From assembly GCA_031366795.1 (NCBI GenBank), contig JANLOX010000410.1:1-23706 (forward strand): a stretch of DNA of 23,706 nucleotides, written 5' to 3'. This DNA is from Candidatus Eiseniibacteriota bacterium (lineage in GTDB: Bacteria > Eisenbacteria > RBG-16-71-46). A program made the position numbers and the translations under genes. Each line of letters begins with the position of its first letter. Positions within the stretch are counted from its first letter, which is position 1. The notes under the pieces were generated by a model. That model saw only the letters and a program-made list of their open reading frames with translations. It was not told the DNA's origin and made no database searches. Shown piece by piece: positions 15,705 through 23,449 of the stretch.

Positions 15705-17000
15705 CTAGAAACCAATCGAGTAGGTCACGAGCAGCGTGCCGGTATTCACGCCAGGGAACAGGTTGATGTCGCGCTGCACGCTCGGGGCATAGTCAGGATG
15801 CCCATTGCCCCACTGCCGGATGTATTCCCCGCGTACCGCCCAATCACCGGGCGCGTTGGGAATGCGAAACCCGTAGGTCGCGCCGACGGTCGTCGTCCGC
15901 AGGGGGCCCAGGCGTTCGTCGCTCGATGCGAAAGCGGGCAGCGGGTCCCCCTGGAACAGCTCGAACCTGAAGAAGTCGGCTGCCGTCTGCGCGTACAGGC
16001 GGACATGCGGCTGCACGAAGGCATGATTGGGCAGGTCGTGGCGGACCTTGAAGTCGAGGGTATGGGAGCGCACGCCCCAATCATCCCAATAGTAACGGTA
16101 GCTCGAGTAAAGAATGTCGTCGCTCAGGTGATACACGGAGCTCAGCGAGCCGCTGGTGCGCGTGCGCAGGTCCGGCCGCTTCTCGCGCAGCGTTGTCGTC
16201 GATCCGGTGCCTGGCGGTGCGTCCTCTCCCGGGGTGTTGATGGGGGAGAACACGCTGACGACTTTGTAGGGCTCGGTCAGGTAGCCCTTCTCGATCTCTC
16301 GCGTGCCGCTCACGCCCATCATCCAGCGCCGCGTCAGGATGCGCGAGATGCCGAGCATGCCGCTGCTGACGCGCTTGGGGTTCGAGCGGAAGCTCAACAT
16401 CATGGTGCCGTCGCTCAAGCCGATGGCCGTTCCACCGACGGGAGTGACCTGGTCGTGGTTGAAGCTCGCGGCCGCGGTGATGGTCACCAATCGCTGGAAC
16501 AGGTCGAGCGAGAAACTTTCGGAGCCCCCGAGCGAGCGGTAGTCCTTCTCTTTCGAGACATGCACGGAACTTGTCGCGGTGAACAAGGACCCAACGGGCA
16601 GGGACCAGTCCGCGTCGAGTGAGCCCCGCACGTCCTGGAAATAGCTCGTGGGCAGCACTCCGGCCTGCACCGATTGGGTGGTCCCCGATGCGGACGTCGT
16701 GGTCTGAACCTGGTTGGTCGCCACGGCACCCGAGGGCGATGCTCCCGTCATGGCGTCGACCTGGATTTCGGCGGACACCGACTGGCCGTTCGAGAACAGG
16801 CGCGTGGCGCGAACCGCGGGCTCGAAGATAGTCGTGCGCTGGTTCTCGCCATAGAGCAGGCTCGAAAGCTCGAGCTGAGTGGTCGGCGTGGTGTCATCGG
16901 CGTGTCCCACGGCGGGAGTCGCCGCGGCAAGCAACACGCACGCGGCAGTACTCAAACGCGCGCGCAGCGCGGAGCGGCGCGCGGGGGTGGTTAATTGCAT
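15705..17000 (-). CDS. DUF3570-family predicted outer-membrane beta-barrel protein, probable ApbE substrate (431 aa)
   Basis: The start MQL at 17000 overlaps the GCN* end of the upstream gene. It contains DAMTGASP (16737-16757 for DAMTGAS), EKDYRS, GYLTEPY, YRYYWDDWGVRSHT and SSDERL, and ends in YSIGF. Operon context supports the call. Confidence 0.88.
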   Translation of the reverse strand: MQLTTPARRSALRARLSTAACVLLAAATPAVGHADDTTPTTQLELSSLLYGENQRTTIFEPAVRATRLFSNGQSVSAEIQVDAMTGASPSGAVATNQVQTTTSASGTTQSVQAGVLPTSYFQDVRGSLDADWSLPVGSLFTATSSVHVSKEKDYRSLGGSESFSLDLFQRLVTITAAASFNHDQVTPVGGTAIGLSDGTMMLSFRSNPKRVSSGMLGISRILTRRWMMGVSGTREIEKGYLTEPYKVVSVFSPINTPGEDAPPGTGSTTTLREKRPDLRTRTSGSLSSVYHLSDDILYSSYRYYWDDWGVRSHTLDFKVRHDLPNHAFVQPHVRLYAQTAADFFRFELFQGDPLPAFASSDERLGPLRTTTVGATYGFRIPNAPGDWAVRGEYIRQWGNGHPDYAPSVQRDINLFPGVNTGTLLVTYSIGF

Positions 17001-17227
17001 CCGCAACCGCCGCCGCCGACATGCTGGCCACCCGTCGAGGCTTCCTTGCTGAAGTACACGTGCTCGTCGATGGCCGCTTCGCGCGGCGAGGGATTGAACT
17101 GCATCTTCTTTTGTGCGAGCAGGTCGCGGTCCCACGGCTTGACCGCCATGGCGGCGCAGCCACTGGTCAGTCCCACCAGCACCGCGAGCAGCAGGGCAAC
17201 GTACAAGGAGCGTGAGATACCGATCAT
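16991..17227 (-). CDS. DUF4266-family small lipoprotein (78 aa)
   Basis: Lipobox LTSGC, VKPWDRDLLA, HVYFSKEASTGG and C-terminal GGGGCGCN. The ATG overlaps the TlpA stop codon (ATGA). Confidence 0.9.
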   Translation of the reverse strand: MIGISRSLYVALLLAVLVGLTSGCAAMAVKPWDRDLLAQKKMQFNPSPREAAIDEHVYFSKEASTGGQHVGGGGCGCN

Positions 17228-17745
17228 TGCGCGCACGCCTTGCGGATCAAGATTTCGATCGCCGCCGTGTCCTTGGGGTCGAAGCCCGCGTGGGAGTAAA
17301 GGATCTTGCCGGTCTTGCTGATCACGAGACTCGATGGCATCGCCTTCACCTTGAATGCTTCGGCGACCTTGCCGCCCGGATCGAACGCGACGGTGAAAGG
17401 AGCAGGGTATGTCTTGAGGAACTCATCGGCGTCCTCGCGCGACTTGTCGAGGTTGATCGCGACGATGGTCAGGCCGTGCTCCTTCATGCGCTCGTGCAGG
17501 CTGGCGAGCCACGGGAACGACTTCCTGCAGGGACCACACCACGAAGCCCAGAAGTCGACCAGTACGACGTGGCCGCGCAAGGAATCCAGGGCGACCGAGC
17601 CCGTCCGCGCGGGCAGGGTGAACGCGGGTGCCGTGATGGGTTCCTTGGTGCGGGCTGCCGGGCGGGCGGAAGCCATGGGAGCCATGGGAGCCATGGGAGC
17701 CATGACGAGCAGCAGCAAAACGGCGAGCAGGTGTCGGGGAGCCAA
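17224..17745 (-). CDS. TlpA/ResA-like thiol:disulfide oxidoreductase; probable TTG start at 17745 (173 aa)
   Basis: APAFTL, LRGHVVLVDFWASWCGPCRKSFP and MPSSLVISKTGKI. GGAGG at 17756-17760 lies 10 nt upstream of the TTG and is followed by a hydrophobic signal (RHLLAVLLLLV). Confidence 0.88.
   Translation of the reverse strand: MAPRHLLAVLLLLVMAPMAPMAPMASARPAARTKEPITAPAFTLPARTGSVALDSLRGHVVLVDFWASWCGPCRKSFPWLASLHERMKEHGLTIVAINLDKSREDADEFLKTYPAPFTVAFDPGGKVAEAFKVKAMPSSLVISKTGKILYSHAGFDPKDTAAIEILIRKACAQ
17671..17704. repeat. 9-bp tandem repeat (AGCCATGGG) x about 3.8, encoding MAPMAPMAPMA in TlpA
   Basis: AGCCATGGG AGCCATGGG AGCCATGGG AGCCATG is read directly from the sequence. Confidence 0.95.
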
Positions 17746-18066
17746 AGCGGTCGAACCTCCTGGTTCCAGCGAGTGAAACCGGAATTGGTGCAACGCGGCA
17801 CTGCCAGCACAACATTCGCTTTGTGGCAGGACTCCGAGGGGTTCTTGTTTGGATACCCCATGGTACGCGCAGAGTTCGGAGGATTGGGGGGCTCGAGGAC
17901 AAGAGCCGGTAAATCCCTGCGGCCATCTTCCGAGGCGGGCGTGTTTCGGATGACTCTCACCCATTCGCAAGCCGGCCGTTAGAAGCCTCGGTCCTGCCGC
18001 GTATAGATAAGGACAGGCACGGCGCGACGCGCCGGCAGCAGCACCCCTCAGTCCTCGGGAGAGTTC

Positions 18067-21000
18067 GTGCGCAACGGTGGTCCCGGTGCCGTGACTCTGG
18101 CGGCAATGGTCGCGGTCGCCTCAATGTTGGCCCCTCTGGGCACCGCGCCCCGGGCCGCCGTCGCGCACGAACCCGCCCGGGGCACCCAGGCCGCCTTAGA
18201 CCCGTGCGGCTCCGAGGTTCTCCTCGAGGCGCAGCTCGCCCGCGATCCCACGCTTGCTGCCCGCCGCGAAGCGTTCGAGTCGATGTTGCGCGAAGCCGAG
18301 CGCAACGGGCTGTTGCCGAAGCTGGGCGCCGGCCGTAACGGCACCGAAGCTGTGCCGATCTACACGATTCCCATCGTCGTGCACATCGTGCACAGCGGCG
18401 TGAGCGGCGATCCCGAGAACATCAGCGACACCCAGGTGCTCAGCCAGATCGAGGCGATCAACCGCGATTGCCAGAACTTGCCGGGCAACGGGCTGCCCGC
18501 CGTCGACTGCCAGCTCAAGTTCTGTCTCGCCTCGAAGGGCACGATCCCCAACTACCCTTGGCCCGGCGTGCCGGGCATCACGCGCAAGCTTGATGCGGTG
18601 AATGCCTACGCGCAGGTCAACAACGATGTCGCGCTGAAGGCGATCGACTATTTCCCCTCGAACCAGTACCTCAATGTCTGGGTGGTGAAGGCGATCCAGA
18701 TCTCGGGGGCCACGACCGGAATCGTCGGCTACGCGAACTTCCCGGCCACGGTGCCGCTCGCCCAGGACGGCATCGTCATGGACTACCGCGTCATGGGCGC
18801 CAACAACACTTCATACGGAAACAACTTCACTGGGCTGTTGCCCACGTACGACGAGGGCAAAGTGTTCGCGCACGAGGTGGGGCATTGGCTCAACCTCTAC
18901 CACACGTTCCACAACGGTTGCGGTGGGGGAGATCTCGTGGCGGATACGCCCCCGGAAGGCGTCAACGCCACCGGGTGCCCCGCGATCGTGCCCTCGACGT
19001 GCACGAGCAACGGCGGCGATCCCATCCACAACTTTATGGACTACACCAACGATCCCTGCCGCTGGCAGTTCACCGGCCTGCAGCGGGCGAGGATGTACGC
19101 CGCGATCACGACCTACCGTTCCGAGCTGGTGAGCCCCATCAACCTCCAGAGCGTCGGCGCCTGCCCCTCGATCCTCACCGCGGTCGTCACCTTGAATCCG
19201 AGCCAGGTGTGCACGAGCAATCCCGTGGTGCAGTGCACGGCCCCAATCTGCGGCGGTAGCTGCAGCTATGCCTGGACGTTCGAGAACGGGACAGGGAACA
19301 CGACGCTGCAGTCCACGTCAGCGACGTTCTCCGGTGTTGGGCCGCACAAGGTGACGGTGACGATGAGCGACGGCACGAACTCGAGTACGGCGTCGGGGAC
19401 CGTGTACGTCACCGCGTGCGCGCCAATCTCCGGGCCGTGCACGAACTGGGTGTTCGGCAGTAAGTGCCGTTTGAACTTTGCGAGCGGCATGCCCGTGGCG
19501 GTGAGCGGAACCGTCAACCTGGGTTTCGAAACGTCGGCCCAGATCTCGAACAGCGCCGGTGCACTGTTGTTCTACACGGACAATGAGACGATCTGGAATA
19601 CCAACAACGTGCCGATGGCCAACTCCGCCGGACTGATCGGCGGCAAGAGCTCGCACACCGGTGCGCTGATTGCCCCGCGGCCGAACACGCCAAACCAGTA
19701 CTACCAGTTCTCGGTGCGCGAGTTCGAGGCGTACCCGAAGCCCGACCCGCTGCACATAAGCACGATTGACATGGGCCTCAATGGTGGTCTCGGTGACGTC
19801 GCGTCGGGCCAGTTGAACAAGCCGATCATCCTGCCGGTGGGTGTCAACCAGCCGCCGCAGGGTTTGCTAGAAGGGATGACCCTGCTGCCGCACTGCAATG
19901 GCAATGACTGGTGGTTGATCACCTGCGGCTTCGATTCCACCAACACCAGCCGCGACTGGGAGCGCTTCGTCTACGTGACGCCGATCACCCAGGCCGGCGC
20001 GGGGGTGACCGTGGCTTACGCCATCGGCTTCGCCGATTCGGGCAAGGGCTATTCTGCGTGGGGCACCATCACCGGCTCGAGGGACGGCACGAAGTTCGCC
20101 ATCTGCCAGTCCAATAGCCATGAGATCCACGTCTATAATTTCGATCGCGCCACCGGGGTGCCGACGCTTGCGCTCAATACCGGGCCAGTTGCGGTCAACC
20201 AGGATGTGGCCTTCAGTCCGGACGGCAAGCTGCTTTACTATACCTATCTGCAAGGGGCCGCTGGAGCAGGGGGGATCAGCCTCTACGGCCTGCGTCAAAT
20301 GGAACTCGCGACGCAGCAGGTGCGCACGGTGCGTGGACCCACCTCCGCGACCTATCCGTCCGATGTCGAGTTGGGGCCTGACGACAAGATCTACTCCGCG
20401 CGCAGCGGCCAGTCGGCGCTGGACTGCGTGAACTATCCCAACAACTTCAACACGCTCAACAACAACGAGTGCGGCTTCAATCCCCTGTGCATTCCGTTGG
20501 GCGCCGGGTCCACCGTCAACCAATACGGCGCCCTGCCCAACACGCTGCCGGTGTGTGGCGCGCTCGCGCAGCCCCCCGCGCAATTTAGCTACACGGTCAC
20601 AGGTTGCACCACGGTCCACTTCACGACGCCCAATTGCGCCACCTGGTCATGGTCCTTCGGTGATGGTGGCAACTCCTCGTTGCAATCGCCCACACACAGC
20701 TATGCGCCCGGGACCTACACCGTGACGCTGACGACGACGGGGTCGCCGCCGACCGCCACCCAGTTGATCACCATGGGCGCCCAACCGATCACCCTGAGCG
20801 GCCCGAGCAACCCGTGCGGCGGGCCTTCCAATTACAGCGTCGCTGGGCCCTCGAACTACACTTACGTTTGGACGATCACCGGCGGGACGCCCGCCACATT
20901 CACGGGTAGCAATGTATTCGTGAACTGGGGACCCGGAACGGGCACGGTATCGGTGACGGGCACCGATCCAGCGACCGGTTGCACCTCGAGTGCGAGCAAG

Positions 21001-22719
21001 TCGAATGATGGGTGCCCGGACTGTTACACGCCGCCGCTCGATATGGTCGCATGGTGGCCGTTGGATGAGACGGGAGCGGGCACGCTCGCACAGGACATCG
21101 TCGCTGCGAACGACGGGCAGGACGTGAACGCACCCACGAAGGTGGCAGGAGCCGTGAGCAATTGCCGTCAGTTCCCCGGCAACAGCCTCAAGTATGTCGG
21201 GGTCAACGACACCGCGAAGCTCAACCTCGGCACGAGCAACCTGACACTCGATGCATGGATCAACACCGCGAGCGGCGCGACGTTCCAGGGGATCATCGAG
21301 AAGCGCGCACTGGGGCCGGACCTCGGGTACGCGTTGTACCTCAAGCAAGGCCAGTTGGCTTTCCTGCTCGGCGATGGATCCACGAGCAATGAGTTCACCG
21401 TGGCGACGTCCGCCGATCTCGCCGATGGCCGCTGGCACCATGTGGCCGCGACGGAAGATCGCAACGATGCGAACGCGGGCACGCGACTCTACGTGGACGG
21501 CGCCCCGATCGGCTTCCTGCCGGGCTATGCCGGAGGCAGCGTCACGAACACGGAGCGGCTGTTGATCGGTGCCCAGGCACCCTCGAATGCGCCGACTGGG
21601 TGGTTTGGGGGCAAGATCGACGAGGTCGAGATCTTCAATCGTGCGCTCACGGGTGAGGAAATCGCGAGGATCTGGGGTTCTGGAAGCGCCGGCAAGTGCA
21701 AGGCGTTCACATATGTCCCAACGGCATCGACGATTTGCGCGGGCCAGAACTCCGTCACCGCCACGATCAGCCTATGCAACTTCGCCGCCGCGCCGGATAC
21801 CTTCAATCTCACCTTCGCCGGACTCTCTGGAGCCGGGTGTACCGGAGCCGGCCCGAGCACCATCCAGCTCCTCGGCCAGACGAATCCCGTCGGCGTGCCG
21901 AAGGGCAGCTGCAAGAATTTTACGCTCAAGATCGACCGTCCCAACGACCTCACGCCGGGCAATTACTCCTGCTACGTGGTGACTGCCACGAGCACGCTCA
22001 GTGGGGTCGCGCATGTCTCCCATGGCTCGCTGTGGGCCAATGAACTGCTGTGCCCGCATCTGCAGAGCGCGCCCGTTTCACTGGGCGGGATCGCGGTCGC
22101 GCGAACGATGACCTGGCAGCTCGCGAATACCTCGCCGGCGTTCCTCGCCGTTCCGGTCAGCGTCGATGCGCGCGCATCGGATGGCACCCCGATGGGACCG
22201 GCGGGCGTCGTCAGCCTTAATGGATTGCCGCCGGGGGTGCCATGGACGGCCAGTTACTTCCTTGCGCCGGGGGAGAGCACGCAGGTGAGCGTTGATGCCG
22301 AGTTTGCGCAAGCGATGCCATTCCGTTTCTTCGACATCGTGCTCGCCGCGGATGCGGATGGCAACGGCACGAACGACACCGAGAGTGCCGCCGGCCTGTT
22401 CTACAGCGAACGGCCCGTGCAGGTTCTCAGCGCGCCGAAGCCGGCGCCGTCCGGGAAACTCGAATTGCTGGCCGCGACGCCTAACCCATTCAGCCGCGCG
22501 CTCGACGTGCAATTCGAGCTGGCTCGCCCCGCTAGGGTGAGGCTCGCGCTCTACGACGTGAGCGGCAGGCGCGTGCGTACTGTCGTGGACGGCTTCGCCC
22601 TGGCGGGACGTGCCGTGAGGACGCTGGACGCAGTGGGACTCAACAGCGGTGTCTATTTCCTGCGTCTCGAGACGGGCGACCAGGTGCGCACGCGCCGCGT
22701 GGTGTTGTTGCGGGAGTAA
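18067..22719 (+). CDS. Secreted multidomain M43 (pappalysin/ulilysin) zinc metalloprotease with PKD/Ig domains, beta-propeller-like region, LamG-like domain and T9SS-type-A-like CTD (1550 aa)
   Basis: Signal peptide, then a propeptide Cys (DPCGSE), TIPIVVHIVH, zinc motif HEVGHWLNLYH, DLVADTPP and Met-turn NFMDY. PKD motif WSWSFGDG..PTHSY..GTYTVTLT. LamG motifs AWWPLDE, DGRWHHVA and GKIDEVEIFNRAL. The CTD is TPNPF..LYDVSGRRVRTV..SGVYFLRL. Confidence 0.92.
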   Translation: MRNGGPGAVTLAAMVAVASMLAPLGTAPRAAVAHEPARGTQAALDPCGSEVLLEAQLARDPTLAARREAFESMLREAERNGLLPKLGAGRNGTEAVPIYTIPIVVHIVHSGVSGDPENISDTQVLSQIEAINRDCQNLPGNGLPAVDCQLKFCLASKGTIPNYPWPGVPGITRKLDAVNAYAQVNNDVALKAIDYFPSNQYLNVWVVKAIQISGATTGIVGYANFPATVPLAQDGIVMDYRVMGANNTSYGNNFTGLLPTYDEGKVFAHEVGHWLNLYHTFHNGCGGGDLVADTPPEGVNATGCPAIVPSTCTSNGGDPIHNFMDYTNDPCRWQFTGLQRARMYAAITTYRSELVSPINLQSVGACPSILTAVVTLNPSQVCTSNPVVQCTAPICGGSCSYAWTFENGTGNTTLQSTSATFSGVGPHKVTVTMSDGTNSSTASGTVYVTACAPISGPCTNWVFGSKCRLNFASGMPVAVSGTVNLGFETSAQISNSAGALLFYTDNETIWNTNNVPMANSAGLIGGKSSHTGALIAPRPNTPNQYYQFSVREFEAYPKPDPLHISTIDMGLNGGLGDVASGQLNKPIILPVGVNQPPQGLLEGMTLLPHCNGNDWWLITCGFDSTNTSRDWERFVYVTPITQAGAGVTVAYAIGFADSGKGYSAWGTITGSRDGTKFAICQSNSHEIHVYNFDRATGVPTLALNTGPVAVNQDVAFSPDGKLLYYTYLQGAAGAGGISLYGLRQMELATQQVRTVRGPTSATYPSDVELGPDDKIYSARSGQSALDCVNYPNNFNTLNNNECGFNPLCIPLGAGSTVNQYGALPNTLPVCGALAQPPAQFSYTVTGCTTVHFTTPNCATWSWSFGDGGNSSLQSPTHSYAPGTYTVTLTTTGSPPTATQLITMGAQPITLSGPSNPCGGPSNYSVAGPSNYTYVWTITGGTPATFTGSNVFVNWGPGTGTVSVTGTDPATGCTSSASKSNDGCPDCYTPPLDMVAWWPLDETGAGTLAQDIVAANDGQDVNAPTKVAGAVSNCRQFPGNSLKYVGVNDTAKLNLGTSNLTLDAWINTASGATFQGIIEKRALGPDLGYALYLKQGQLAFLLGDGSTSNEFTVATSADLADGRWHHVAATEDRNDANAGTRLYVDGAPIGFLPGYAGGSVTNTERLLIGAQAPSNAPTGWFGGKIDEVEIFNRALTGEEIARIWGSGSAGKCKAFTYVPTASTICAGQNSVTATISLCNFAAAPDTFNLTFAGLSGAGCTGAGPSTIQLLGQTNPVGVPKGSCKNFTLKIDRPNDLTPGNYSCYVVTATSTLSGVAHVSHGSLWANELLCPHLQSAPVSLGGIAVARTMTWQLANTSPAFLAVPVSVDARASDGTPMGPAGVVSLNGLPPGVPWTASYFLAPGESTQVSVDAEFAQAMPFRFFDIVLAADADGNGTNDTESAAGLFYSERPVQVLSAPKPAPSGKLELLAATPNPFSRALDVQFELARPARVRLALYDVSGRRVRTVVDGFALAGRAVRTLDAVGLNSGVYFLRLETGDQVRTRRVVLLRE

Positions 22720-22745
22720 GCGGTTGCCCCGGGCAGGCCGCCTAG

Positions 22746-23436
22746 GAGCCTGTCCGAGTAACGATCTGCGGTGACGCGTACGTGGGAACATACGCCGGCG
22801 CATGCTCATTGTTCGGTCGCGGTCACGCAAACTGTCTGCGCGGACAGTTGGGGTGACCAACGTGTTACGGGGCCAGTCGTGGCGCGTGCTGATCGTTCAT
22901 CTGCTACCTGGTCCTCCACGCCGCCCGCAGCTTCAGCAGGTTGTGCGCGGTGCAGATCAGCGACCACTCTTGTGACACGCGCTCGACGCCACGCCGCAGG
23001 AACTGCCTGAACCCGCGCGCCAATAGTTCGGCCACTTGGCACTGTAGTGCAGCCTCGCGTTCGCTCATCCGCGCATAGCTCATCGCCTTGTGCTTCGACG
23101 CGTTCGCTTTCATCTTCGTCCCGTCCACCGCCATGCGCCCCAGCTTCACCAGCCCCGCCTCGGCGCACAGCTTCAGAACTTGAACGAACAACCCGTTCAG
23201 CGCCACGCCGTGCGTCTTGCGGAAGTCGCTCAGCGTCCGGAAGTCCGGCGTGTTGCCCGCCGCCAAGAACCGGAACGCCACGTCATCCTCGAGCTTCGCC
23301 GCCATCCGCCGCGATGAGTACGTCCCGGTGCTGTACGCGTACAGCAGCACGGTCACCATCATGCGCGGAGGGTACGGCGGGTAGCCACGCTCGACCCGGC
23401 ACACGCCAGAGGTTTGACGATTACTAGGACAGGCTC
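22746..23436 (-). mobile_element. Non-autonomous, internally deleted IS1182-family element (691 bp) flanked by CTAG direct repeats
   Basis: Terminal IRs are GAGCCTGTCCGAGTAA (22746-22761) and TTACTAGGACAGGCTC (23421-23436), a 15/16 match. CTAG is at 22742-22745 and 23437-23440. Confidence 0.88.
22904..23404 (-). pseudogene. IS1182-family transposase remnant
   Basis: A DUF772-like region (GYPPYPPRMMVTVLLYAY..SSRRMA..PDFRTLSDFRK) and VDGTKMKANAS are fused in frame to the C-terminal RGFRQFLRRG..EWSLICTAHNLLKL. The central catalytic region and the N-terminus are absent. Confidence 0.88.
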
Positions 23437-23449
23437 CTAGTCACTTAGG

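Noticed and set aside
16991..17227. DUF4266 Gly/Cys-rich tail as a RiPP precursor
   Set aside because: The protein has a lipobox and lies in a redox/flavinylation operon, with no adjacent RiPP maturase.
17789..17806. TGGCA...TTGCA on the minus strand upstream of TlpA (and similar TGGC..TTGC near 5663 and 7825) as sigma54 promoters
   Set aside because: The GG-to-GC spacing is 12-15 nt rather than the required 10 nt.
1038..17970. ORF-track upstream starts at 1038, 2387, 5571, 5775, 10068, 13570, 13687, 17135 and 17970
   Set aside because: The extensions are low-complexity or overlap neighbouring genes. Downstream starts have better RBS, signal peptide or family N-terminus support.
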